From the human T2T-CHM13v2.0 reference genome, Homo sapiens, in NCBI RefSeq assembly GCF_009914755.1, contig NC_060925.1: 64,000 nucleotides of DNA; one strand, written 5' to 3'. Of the stretch, positions 32,207 through 44,800 are shown piece by piece. The translations under genes were made by a program, and so were the position numbers. Numbering within the stretch: the stretch's first letter is position 1; the number at the start of each line of letters is the position of its first letter. The notes under the pieces are model-generated. The model was not told the origin of the DNA. It did not search any database and saw only the letters and a list, made by a program, of their open reading frames with translations.

Positions 32207-33256
32207 TATATATATATCATCCATGGGTGATGCACACACACACATACACGCACACACACACACACACACATACACACCGCACACATAAAATGTTTTAAAT
32301 AAAAGGAAAATTTTCATTTTAAATAAAAATGAAATTATATATTTATAGTATTTTTTAATTAAAATATGCATTTTAACAATCTAGGAGAATTGAGGCCAAA
32401 GTGTATTGATTATATAAACAATTATAAGTGAGTTTGACTTACCTATTAAAATAAGAACTTAAAATTATAAGCATGACTACAAAGCCAAATCTAACACTAT
32501 GTATACAAAAACAAAGGCATTCAGAAAGGGAAAAATAAAAGGATAGACAAGGATATACCAAGAAATGCAAACAAAAAGAAAGCAGATGTCTTTATCTCAT
32601 TATTTGACAAGGCATAATTTAGACTAAAAAACTTTGAGACAAAGAAGGATTTTTTTTTTATCATGCCAAAGGGTACATTTCTCAATGAAGACAAAGTAGT
32701 TTCATGGCCCCAATAACAGATACAACTTTTACAAAGTAGAAACCTCAGAAGTTGCAAAGAGAAACGTAGAAACATACCAATAATAAGAGACGTAACACAC
32801 TTCAACTTGAAAAAAATAAGTACAATGCTTAGCATAATCAATAAGGTTGACCTTATAGAGATATGTCAAAATCTGAACCTCAAAAATAGAATATACCTTT
32901 CTTTAAAGTTCACATACCATATTAAAGAATATTGACAATATTTTAGGCCACAAAGAAAACTTCAGTAAGTTCCAAAGAATAGGAATAATACAAATATAAC
33001 TATAAAGAAACTAGAAGTTAATTTTTTAAAAAGCAAAAACAAAATCAGCCCCCTAAAAAATAAAAACCACACAAAAGACTTTTCTATCTGAAAATTAAAA
33101 TGTACACTATTAATTAAATCTTGGGTCAAAGGCAAAATAAAATTGAAGAGTTTCTTGAACATCATGATAATGAACATGTGATGTTTTAGAATGCATGGGA
33201 TATAGCTAAAGAAGTTATCAGAATAAAATCTATAGCATTAAATGCATATATTCGTA

Positions 33257-33557
33257 TTTTATTTTATTTTTTTTTGAGATGGAGTCTCGCTCTGTTGCCC
33301 AGGTTGGAGCGTGGTAGCACGAACTCGGCTAACTGAAACGTCCACCTCCTGCATTCAAGCAATTCTCCTTTCTCAGCCTCCCGAGTTGCTGAGATTACAG
33401 GCACCCACCACCATGCCTGGCTAATTTTTGTATTTTTAGTAGAGACGGGGTTTTGCCATGTTGGCCAGGCTGGTCTAGAACGCCTGACCTCAGGTGGTCT
33501 GCCTGCTTTGGCCTCCCAAAGTGCTGAGATTACAAGCGTGAGCCACCACGCCTGGCC
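33257..33557 (-). mobile_element. AluSx-like
   Basis: Antisense Alu; TSD TGCATATATT. Confidence 0.95.
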
Positions 33558-34719
33558 TCAGTGCATATATTATTAAAAATGAAAATTTAAATCAATGAAT
33601 TAAACAACCAGATGAAAACTGGGAGAAGAACAACAAAGCAAAATAAAGCAACAAAATGGTATTAATAAAGATAAGAAAGAAATTGCTGAGTTAATTCTGA
33701 AAATTGGTCCTTTGAAAAAAATCATCAACATAGACAAACCATGAATTAGCCTAATCAAGGATAAAGGGAGTACAAATATTTGATTATTAGAAGTTACATA
33801 TGAGTTGGAAGGGGATAATGATCACAAAAGGAAATTAAGTCATAAGGGACCATTTGTCTAACTACATACAAGTGAACTTTAAAATCTTCATGAAATGAAT
33901 AATTTCAAGAAAATAAAAATTTACCACATTAAGTTCAAACAGACCAATTATCATAAAATAAATAGTGTGGTAGAAGTATTCCCTGACAAGACACGCGCCA
34001 AGGTCGGATACTCCCTACTTAACTATGTTCCTTAAATTATTCCAAAGCATAATAAAAGAAGGAAAAGTTTCAAATTTATTTTGTCAAGTAAATGTAATTT
34101 AAATTTCAAAATTAAGAAAAAATTTTTTGCAAAGGTAATTTATAGATCGATTTCAGTTTTATTGATACAGAAATTTTCTGAGATAAAATATTTTAAATAA
34201 ACCAATGTTGCATTAAAATCTTTATCATGACCAGTGAAGGTTATTCCAGGAATCCAAGAATAGCTCAATACGATAAATCAATTAATATAATTCTTCATAT
34301 TAGGAAAGATAAGGAGAAAAATCCTTTGAACTTACTCATAGGGAAAAGGCACTGAACAAAATTTAAATTCTATTTATGTTTAAAAAATAATAAAATACCT
34401 CCTTAACATTATTTTATAAGCGCATGTGCACACACACGCTTCAGTTCAAAATCAGCACTTTCTTTAAGGTAGTACACTAGCAGTTAAAGTCAGGTGTAAG
34501 TTAAGGATGTCCAGCATGCCCTCTGCAATACATGCCTGTGTTGGAGGTATGAGCCAATGTGATTAGACACTGAAGATCAGACATGGAGAGGTAAAACTAT
34601 TTCTAGATGTAGATGATTTGATTATATACCTAAAATTCCCAAAAATTAATCAGTGGAAAAGCTGCTATAGGAGTGGATTGATGAGAGAAATCCATAATGT
34701 AGCAGGTTATAAAATCAAT

Positions 34720-35010
34720 GGCCACATAACCTGGCAACATAGCGAGACCCTGTGTCTCTACAAAACTAAAAAATTAGGCGAGGTTTGGTCTCTAAAGACC
34801 AGACCCTGTCTCTACAAAAATTTAAAAATTAGCTGGGTCTGGTGGCATGTGCCTGTGGTCCCAGCTACTCAGGAGGCTGAGGCAGGAGGATTGCTTGAGC
34901 CTAACAGTTTGAGGCTGCAGTGAGCCGAGATCGTACCACTGCATTGCAGCCTAGGTGACAGAGTGAGACCCTGTCTCAAAATAAGTAACTAAATAAACAA
35001 ACAAAAAATA
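34720..35010 (+). mobile_element. AluJ, 5'-truncated and internally rearranged
   Basis: Linker region duplicated; AluJ-type right arm. Confidence 0.85.
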
Positions 35011-35217
35011 ATAGCCTTAGGCCAACTGTTCACAAATATAAAGTCATTAAGCCTTAACACTATGTTTATTTGCTATTTTTGATAATATTACTAATGTATT
35101 TATTATGTTTTTATCATGTATACATGTGCTAATAAATTAATTTCCTATATGTGTGTTACATCAGTAAATTTTTGAGGATCATAGATTTGAAGTGCTGTTT
35201 CTGTTTTTCTTTGTGGA

Positions 35218-35397
35218 TTTTTTTGTTATTGTTGTTTTGTTTTTTTGAGTCAGGATCTGGCTGTTTTGCCCAGGCTAGAGTGAAGTTGCATGATCTTGGC
35301 TCACTGTAGTATCTGCCTCCTGGGCTCAAGCAGTCTTCCCACCTCAGCCTTCCAGGTATCTACGACTACAGGCACACACTACTATGCCCAGCTAATT

Positions 35398-35430
<33 letters not shown>

Positions 35431-35550
35431 GTAGAGATAGGGTTTCACTGTGTTGCCCAGGCTGGTCTCAAAGTCCTGGGCTCAAGCGATCTTCCTTCCT
35501 CAGCCTCCCAAAGTGCTGAGATTACAGCTGTCAGCCACCGTACCTGCCTG
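35218..35550 (-). mobile_element. AluJ
   Basis: Antisense AluJ with expanded central poly-T. Confidence 0.92.
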
Positions 35551-36587
35551 GGAATTTTTTTAAAGCTCAAATTGGATAAGAGGGTTATAGGAATATATTC
35601 ATCTATCATATAGAAAAGAATATGTGCTCAGTCCCAGGAAATAGAAAATATATTACCTTATTTATACTGTTTTAATTAATGCTTTTTAAAATCTGATTAA
35701 CTCTGGGAGATAGTAGGATAGAATAAAATGATTTCTGAGTAGGAGATAAGTGAATATAATTTGTATTCCTGAGAGCTGGTGTTAAATTTTTGCAACCCAG
35801 TTTTACTCATGGGCAGACCTTTTTAAAAGGAAACACCCACAGTCTGTATGAATTTGATTCTCGTGTGGATAGTATAGACTTAAGCACTGAACATGGTCTG
35901 AGCAGGTTTGCTTTGCTGCTTACCAGCGATTATAGTGGAAAATCCTACTCCTGGATATAGCAGCTCTGTAATAATAGCCACTGTCAGGACTTATTAGGGA
36001 ATTGCTCTTCGTTTCTCCTTTTCATTTATAATCACTTTATAATCAGTAAAATATTTGATTAAGTGGAATAACTGCCAGTTAAACTAATGTTCCTTTGATA
36101 ATATTTGGGTTATTCTAGGGTTTTAAGTTGAATTAGATCAAGAAACAATTCATAATTGGTGTTCAGTGGTTACAGTCAGTATATTTAATATACGAGCAGA
36201 TTTTAAATAAATGCTATATGTTTTTTTCATAGAGCAGAATAACTTTAATCCACTGAAATGGATCAGACTAGTTTGAGTTTCCTCTTCAAGGACTGAGGAT
36301 GTTTAAACAATGATCATAAGAAAAGCGGGCTAAATAAAACTGCCTTTACACTTTTCTGAAGGATTGCTATAGTATTTGGCTTGACAGTTTCACTGGGGAC
36401 TAATTTATTTGGCTTTTCATGTTCATGACAGGGTGCAGTTTATAATAATAAGCAATGGTTAACACAAATCATTTTATAAGACTCTCTATACTGCTGAGTC
36501 TCACCTTGTTCAGATGATCTAAAACTCATGACAATAAGTACTTAAAAAATAATTAATATCTAATTTTATACTAAATTAAATTCTGAT

Positions 36588-36670
36588 GATTGCACCACTG
36601 TACTCCAGCCTAGGCAACAGAGTGAGACTCTGTCTCAATCAATAAATCATTAAATCAATTAATTAAATCT
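36588..36670 (+). mobile_element. Alu 3'-terminal fragment (~50 bp plus degenerate tail)
   Basis: gattgcaccactgtactccagcctaggcaacagagtgagactctgtctca. Confidence 0.85.
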
Positions 36671-37927
36671 CAAATTCTACTGGATTATTAAGCAGTGATA
36701 GTTTTTAAGTGTTTGAGAATGATTATTATAGAAATTTTTAATTGAGCAAAAAGTTTTGCAAAACTGGGAAAGATTTTAGCATCGTTACACAAGGTTGAAC
36801 CTCATGCAACACCAGGATTTCATAGGAGCACAGTTTTATACAGATGAGGACCATTGTTTTATGCAGATGTGACAATTGAATCAATAGTCATGCAGTGCTG
36901 CCCCTACAAAAGGGACATTCATTAAAAAACAGTAAAAGCCATTCTTATTTAATTATCTCACTGCTTCAAGCATAGTTTTCTGGTATTCATCATCGTGGAC
37001 TCTGGATAGAGGCAGTAAGAGGATCTTTGAGATCTGTTGCATCCAATATTTCAATTATTCTGTATTTCTGAGACTGATACACATTCACAGTATGTATGAA
37101 ACAGTATTGTTGATTTTTATCAGGTTTCCAAAAAGGAAGCTGGGCCTTGTAGATGTAACAATATCAAGAGCTCTTTCTGTTTCTTCCAATTTCTATGGCG
37201 TCACTTTAATTAAAAGTATTTCTTCTCATAATGGAACATGATAGAGCAATACTTTATATTCGGTGACTTCTCATTATTCACCAGCATAAATAATGCATTA
37301 AGATATTAATGATGCATAATAGTTGTGATATTCCAGATGAACTGATCTTCTTATTCAAGTGAGAATTTTTGAATAATAAAAATGTCGGTATAAGATAAAT
37401 GCTAGATGATGTAAGAAAGATTCACTTCATATATAGTTTATGAACCATCTTAAACAGCAGATACTTGTTTCTTGACGATTTCTCTAAAAATTAATTGAAA
37501 TAATAAAACAATTATAAGGAAATAAATATTAACATTATTGCTGTTTCTTCTCTCTACTTTATTCATTTTGACTTTCACAGAATTTTGTTTGTGCAAATGA
37601 GAGGCAAAAGAAAGACCACTGTTTTGTAAAGAATATAAATTATCAATAACTATATTTTTCAATATTCTTATGTTTCAGTTATATAATATTTATTTCCCAA
37701 TATTTTTAGAGAAAAATAAAGTAGATGGTAAGTGTGGCAGAAAGGAAATATCCTAATATTTTGTGACTATCTTGTCAATGTAGAATAAGTGATTAGATAC
37801 TTGAACAGAGTTCCGATAGAACAGAAGAGTTGAAAGAAAATATTTAACAGTTTTCTTGGCAGATTGTTGAATTGGACCTGAATGGAACTGCTTGTTAAAT
37901 TGTGATTCATAAGTTATGTGGAAATAA

Positions 37928-38299
<372 letters not shown>

Positions 38300-39092
38300 T
38301 GACACAAAGGGCAAAGATGACATAATTGAAATTCCCAAAATAGAAGGCATTTTATGGAATACTTGAATTACATACCTAATTTTATACTAAATTAAACTCC
38401 AGTGAGGAATACAACATCAGTGTCTTGCCTTATGATGCCTTACGCCTTATGATGTGAACTAAAGACTCATTCTGGAAATTTTTAAAAGATTTTAAAGAAT
38501 TCTCATTGTAGTCATAGGTGAGCTCCTAATTTCCCATTATGTTTCTCATAAGATGTAGAAAATGAAGCAACATGAAAACTTAGGAAAACACTGATGTCTA
38601 AGAGATCTCCATTAATTATAAGGCAGATGAAACTTGTTGGAAAAAACCTACCTGGAGTTCACCTCTTGCACACAGTTTCATCTCAAACACTGCAAAAAGA
38701 TTGGCAGATATTTTAATCCACCTAACCTGTCAGCTTCAGCCAAAGGGGGCTGTGCTTACAAAGTGCGTAGCCAGTTTTTGTTCCTTCCTTCTGCTCTGCT
38801 GCATCCCGTCAGTGCAGACTCCCCCCAGATGGTGCAGGCATTGGTAGGCAGTAAGCTGGTGATGACCCATTCTGTTCTGGAAGCCTTAGTTCTCACAAAT
38901 ACAATGCTGAGGGCTTATTGCAAACAGGAACAGCACTGGTGGAAGTACAGAATAGGGATTGTGGTTTTGATGATGGTGTATCCATTGTAATAACAGAGAA
39001 CAGAACTAAGGGTAGGGGAAGGAGAAGCTGTTAATTCAGATGGTCAGAGCTGAATTAAGTGAATGTTTGTGAAAAACTGAAAACTACACTTG

Positions 39093-39271
39093 GAGTATAT
39101 ACTGCAGAGGGCCCGCTGCCACCGTTAGAACCCTGGTAACAGAGTATATACTACAGAGTGCCTGCTGCCACTGTTAGAACCCTGGTTATAGAGTATATAC
39201 TGCAGAGTGCCCGCTGCCACTGTTAGAAGCCTGGCTATAAAGTATATACTGCAGAAAGTATATACTTTCTG
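39093..39271. repeat. Minisatellite, ~3.3 x 49 bp, ending in a 20-bp palindrome
   Basis: Unit gagtatatactgcagagtgcccgctgccactgttagaaccctggttata at 39093, 39142, 39191, partial at 39240. Confidence 0.96.
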
Positions 39272-39331
39272 AATCTAAGAGTATGATTTAGCCATCACTG
39301 GAGTGAACACACTGCAGCAAATGAAGCTCTA

Positions 39332-39655
39332 ACACAGAAGTTGGCGCATTTTTTTTTTTTTCTGTATAGAGCCAGATGGGAAATATTTTAGTTTTGTGGG
39401 TCAGATGTTTTCTATTCAGCTTGGACATTGCAGTGTGAAAGTGGCCGTGGACCATATGTAAACAGATGAACATGGCTGTGTTCCAAAAAACCTGTACTTA
39501 CGGGCACTGAAAATTCAATTTCATATTTTCATGTGCCATAAAATATTTTTTTCTTTTTCTTGCAATTTTTTTTCAACTGTTGAAAAATGTGCAAGCCATT
39601 CTTAACTCTTGGGCTGTGATTTGGTCCATGGCCATGATGTGCTTAGCCCAGCTCT
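39332..39655 (+). mobile_element. MER58B-like hAT fossil
   Basis: agagccagatgggaaatattttagttttgtgggtcag...catggctgtgttccaaaaaacc...cactgaaaattcaatttcat. Confidence 0.75.
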
Positions 39656-41260
39656 AACATATGGAAAGTATTATATTGCTAAAGGGAAAGCTAGACAAAT
39701 AAAATGGGAGCAACTGTCAGAGATATGATAGAGGCAAAGTTTGCTGCCAATAGGTTAGATGCACTTGCCCTCCTAAAGCTGGGAAGGAGAATACTTATGT
39801 CAGGAGCTACTGGTGAAGTTTTATGAAAGTATAGGGATGGCATTTGAGTGGGACTCCTTGACAGATGGTACTTAAGTTAATGAATGTTTTTGATGTTTGA
39901 AAGGATGAGAGAATAAATGGGTAAAATACGAATATAGCTCAATAGAGTGTGATATAGAAGGAAGCATTTCATAAGGAGAATGAGAACAAAGGCATAGAGA
40001 AGAAGCATTTGTTGGTGGCTGGGAACTCCCAAGTGTTCTGCTGAGGGGTAAAGTCAGGTTTCAAATGCCATGTAACCAGCACAACTTTATTTGAAAGATG
40101 AAGGGAGCTTCTGAAAGCTTTCTAACAGTGGATTGCATTATTTCACCTGTTGCCACTTGCCAATTTGCACACTTAGACATGCATAAACAACCCTGGAGGT
40201 ATAAACCTCCAGTTGGGTTTTAATAAAAGATGACATGCCTTTGGATATACTCTGTTCTCGCTCTTCCTGGAAGACCCTTGCGCGTTCTTCACCTGAAGGA
40301 AGTCTCTTCATTGTTTAGGTATCTGTCAAATGTTTTTTCCTTTGTAAAGTCTTCCTGTGTTTACAATGCATCTCCCTCCTTTATGACAAATAATTCTGTT
40401 TTCTTTCTTGCTTGCCTGTCTACCTGGTTGCTTTCTATTTCCTTCTCTTCCTCTCTTTCTCATTCACTTGATCGCTTTTTCTCTTTTTCTTCCTCCCTCC
40501 CACGCTCCTCTCTTTCAAGCAAAATTAATTCCTCCTTTGACTGCGTAACTTGCTGCTAACTCATGTGTCCCTTTACATTTACTTTGGCGTTTCTCAAATT
40601 ATGAAAGCACCTGCAGGCAGAGACAGCCTCTCAGTCATCTTGTATCTCAGGTACATAATACAGTTTTGAAGGAAGTAGAGCCTCAATAAATGTGCATTGA
40701 TTTTTGACTGGATTTCCTTATTTAGGCTAATAATATTGATGTATCCATTTTGGCAGTTTATCAGTTCATTTGACTTTTTATATCCTACTGTACTCTCCAA
40801 AGAATACACAGCCACTGTCTTCCTGTTTCAAGGAATTTAATGTTTTCAAGGTTGCTGGAGTAAATATTCATATTTGTTACTATAATAATGCTTAATCCTA
40901 TATAGATTGATAATGGTCTTGGTATAGTACATTTGTAGTAATATTTAATTTACTACTTGGTATCAATTTCTTTTTTTCCGTAAGTTACTGGAGTACAGGT
41001 GGTATTTGGTTACATGAGTAAGTTCTTTAGTGGTGATTTGTGAGATTTTGGGGCACCCATCACCTGAGCAGTATACACTGCACCATATTTGTTGTCTTTT
41101 ATCCCTCATCCTCCTTCCACTCTTCCCCTGAAGTTCCCAAAGTCATATCATTCTTATGCCTTTGCATCCTCATAGCTTAGCTCCCACATATCAGTGAGGA
41201 CATACGATGTTTGGTTTTCCATAACTAAGTTACTTCACTTAGAATAATAGTCTCCAATCT

Positions 41261-41555
41261 GGCCAGGCGTGGTGGCTCACGCCTGTAATCCCAGCACTTT
41301 GGGAGGCCGAGGCGGGTGGATCACCTAAGGTAGGGAGTTCGAGACCAGCCTGGCCAACATGGAGAAACCCCATCTCTACTAAAAATACAAATCAGCCGGG
41401 CGTGGTCGCGGGCGCCTGTAATCCCAGCTACTTGGGAGGCTGAGTAATGAGAATTGCTTGAACTGGGAGGCGGACGTTGCAGTGAGTCGAGATTGCGCCA
41501 CTGCACTCCTGCCTGGGCGACAACAGTGAGACTCCATCTCAAAAAAAAAAAAAAA
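41261..41555 (+). mobile_element. AluS inserted in the L1 3' region
   Basis: Full Alu; TSD-like AATAGT(C/G)TCCA(A/G)TCT. Confidence 0.95.
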
Positions 41556-41625
41556 TAGTGTCCAGTCTCATCCAGGTCACTGCAAATGCTGTTAATTCAT
41601 TCCTTTTTATGGCTGCATAGTAATC

Positions 41626-41892
41626 CACTATATATACATATATATAATATATAAAATATATATAAAATATATATAATATATGTATTGTGTGTATATATAT
41701 AGTGTGTGTATATATATATTCCACCATATATATACACACACACCCACACACAGACCCACACACACATACACACCACAGTATGTAGTATATATGTATAGTG
41801 TGTGTATATATATATATATTCCACCATATATATATATATATGTACACACACACACACACACACACACCCATAAACACCCCCCCACACACACA
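41626..41892. repeat. Compound (TA)n/(CA)n microsatellite with a duplicated higher-order unit
   Basis: tagtgtgtgtatatatat..ttccaccatatatat..acacacac occurs twice. Confidence 0.9.
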
Positions 41893-44800
41893 GCACAGTT
41901 TCTTTATCCACTTGTTGAAGATGGGCATTTTTTTATTATTATTATTATTTTCTGCAGCTATTGTAAAAGGGGTCGAGTTCTTGATTTGATTCTCTGCTTG
42001 GTTGCTGTTGGTGTATAGAAGAGCTACTGATTTGTGTACATTGATCTTGTATCCAGAAACTTTGCTTAATTCTTTTTATCAGTTCTAGGAGTTTTCTGGA
42101 GGAGTCCTTAGGGTTTTCAAGGTAAACGATCATGTCATCCGCAAACAGTGAAAGTCTGACTTCCTCTTTACTGATTTGGATGCCCTTTATTTCTTCCTCT
42201 TGTCTGATTGGTCTGGCTAGGACTTCCAGTACTATGTTGAAGAGGAGTGGTGCAGGTGGGCATCCCTGTCTTGTTCCAGTTCTCAGATGGAATGCTTTCA
42301 ACTTTTCCCCATTCAGTATTATGTTGGCTGAGGGTTTGTCTTAGATGGCTTTTATTACATTAAGGTATGTCCCTTGTATGCTGATTTTGCTGAGTTTTAA
42401 TCATAAAGTGATGCTAGATTTTGTCGAATGCTTTTTCTGCATCTATTGAGATGATCATGTGATTTTTGTTTTTAATTCTGTTTATATGGTATATCACATT
42501 TATTGACTTGCATATATTAAACCATCCCTGCATCCCTGGTATGAAACCCACTTTATCATGGTAGATTATCTTTTTGATATGTTGTTGGATTCAGTTAGTA
42601 TTTTGTTGAGGATTTTAGCATCTATGTTCATCAAGGATATCAGTCTGTAGTTTTCTTTTTTGGGTATGTCCTTTCCTGGTTTTGGTATTAGGGTGATACT
42701 GGCTTCATAGAATGAATTAGGGAGGGTTCCTTCTTTCTCTATCTTGTAGAATAGTATCAAAAATATGGGTACCAATTCTTCTTTGAATGTCTGGTAGAAT
42801 TCGGCAGTGAATCTGTCTGGTCCTGGACATTTTTGTTGTTGGTAATTTTTAAATTACCATTTCAATCTCACTGCTTGTTATTGGTCTGTTCAGGGTATCT
42901 AACTCCTCCTGATTTAAGCTAGGAGGGTTGTATTTTTCCAGGAATTCATCTGTCTCTTCTAGGTTTTCTAGTTTATGTGTGTAAAGATGTTCATAGCAGC
43001 CTTGAATGATCTTTTGTATTTCAGTGGTGTCAGTTGTAATATTTCCCGTTTTGTTTCTTAATGAGGTTATTTGGAGTTTCTCTCTTCTTTTCTTCATTGA
43101 TCTTGCCAATGGTCTATCAATTTTAGTTATCTTTTCAAAGAACCAGCTTTTTGTTTTATCTTTTGTATTTCTTTTCTTTCAATTTCATTTAGTTCTGCTC
43201 TGATCTTGGTTATTTCTTTCTTCTGCTGGGTTTGGGTTTGGTTTGTTTTTGTTTCTCTAGTTCCTTGAGGTGTGTCCTTAGAGTGTCAGTTTGTACTCTT
43301 TCAATATTTTTGATGTAGACATTTAGGGCTATGAACTTCCCTCTTAGCACCACCTTTGCAGTATTTCAGAGGTTTTGATAGCTTGTGTCATTATTGTTGT
43401 CTGGTTCAAATAATTTTTTGATTTTCATCTTGGTTTCGTTTTTGACCCAATGCTCATTCAGGAGCAGGTTATTTAATTTCCATGTATTTGCATGGTTTTG
43501 AAGGTTCCTTTTGGAGTTGATTTCCAGTTTTATGCCACTGTGGTCTGAGGGATTGCTTGATATAATTTCAGTTTTCTTAAATTTATTGAGCCTTGTTTTA
43601 TGCCCTATCATATGGTCTATCTTGGAGAAAGTTCCATGCGCTTTTAATAGAATGCAGTTGTTGGATGAAATGCTCCGTATATATCTGTTAAGTCCATTTC
43701 TTCCAATGTGTAGTTTAAATCCATTCTTTATTGACTTTCTGTCTTGATGACCTGTCTGGTGCTGTCAGTGGAACATTGAAGTCCCCCCGCTATTATTATG
43801 TTGCTGTCTGTCTCATTTGTTAGGTCTATTAGTAATTGTTTTATAAATTTGGGAGCTCCAGTGTTAGGTGCATATATGTTTAGGATTGTGATATTTTCCT
43901 GTTGCACAAGGCCTTTTACTATCATATACCATTTACTTTTTGTCTCCTTTAACTGTTGTTGCTTTAAAATTTGTTTTGTCTGATATAAGAATAGCTACCC
44001 GTACTTGTTTTTGGTGTACATTTGCATGAAATGCCTTTTTCCACCCCTTCACTTTAAGTTTATGTGAGTCCTTATGTATTGGGTGAGTTTCCTGAAGGCA
44101 GCAGATGGCTGGTGAGTTCTTATCCATTCTGTGGTTCTATATCTTTTGAGTGGAGCATTTAGGCCATTTACATTCAATGTTAGTATTGAAATGTGAGGTA
44201 CCCTTGCATTCATCCAGCCCTTTGTTGCCTGTGTACTTCATTTTTTAAATATGTTTTTGCTTTTTAACTTGTATTTTTGTTTTATAGGTCCTGTGTGATT
44301 TATGCTTTAAAGAGGTTCTGTTTTGATGTGTTTCCAGGATTTGTTTCAAGATTCTGAGCTCCTTTTAGCAGTTCTTGTAGTGGTGGCTTGGTGATGGTGA
44401 ATTCTCTCAGCATTTGTTTGTCTGAAAAAGACTGTATCTTTCCTTCATATATGATGCTTAGTTTTGCTGGATACAAAATTCTAGGCTGTTTGAGGAGGCT
44501 GAAGATATGGCCCCAGTCGCTTCTGGCTTGTAGGGTTTCTTCTGAGAAATCTGCCGTTAATCTGATAGGTTTTCCTTTATAGGCTACCTGGTGCTTCTGT
44601 CTCACAGCTCTTAAGATTATTTCCTTCATCTTAACTTTGGATAACCTGAGGACAATGTGCTTAGGTGAAGATCTTTTTGAGATGAATTTCCCAGGTGATC
44701 TTTATGCTTCTGTATTTGGATGTCTACGTCTCTAGCAAGGCCAGGGAAGTTTTCCTCAATTATTCCCCAAATATGTTTTCCAAGGTTTTAGATTTCTCCT

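Larger units (their letters stand above)
29810..34720 (+). mobile_element. Very old L1M relic (ORF1/ORF2 remnants) fragmented by later insertions
   Basis: A-rich text with L1 ORF2 landmarks: aaagggtacatttctcaatgaagac, tgggatatagctaaagaagt, catgaccagtg..attccaggaat, gtcaggtgtaagttaaggatgtcc, tagatgatttgattatatacc. Confidence 0.7.

Noticed and set aside
39093-39271. CRISPR-like array or CTCF site cluster
   Set aside because: Units repeat in full with no variable spacers; the GTGGCAGC core lacks the upstream part of the CTCF consensus.
41539-42018. Cys/Val/Tyr/Ile- or His/Thr-rich ORFs
   Set aside because: Translations of (TA)n/(CA)n microsatellites.
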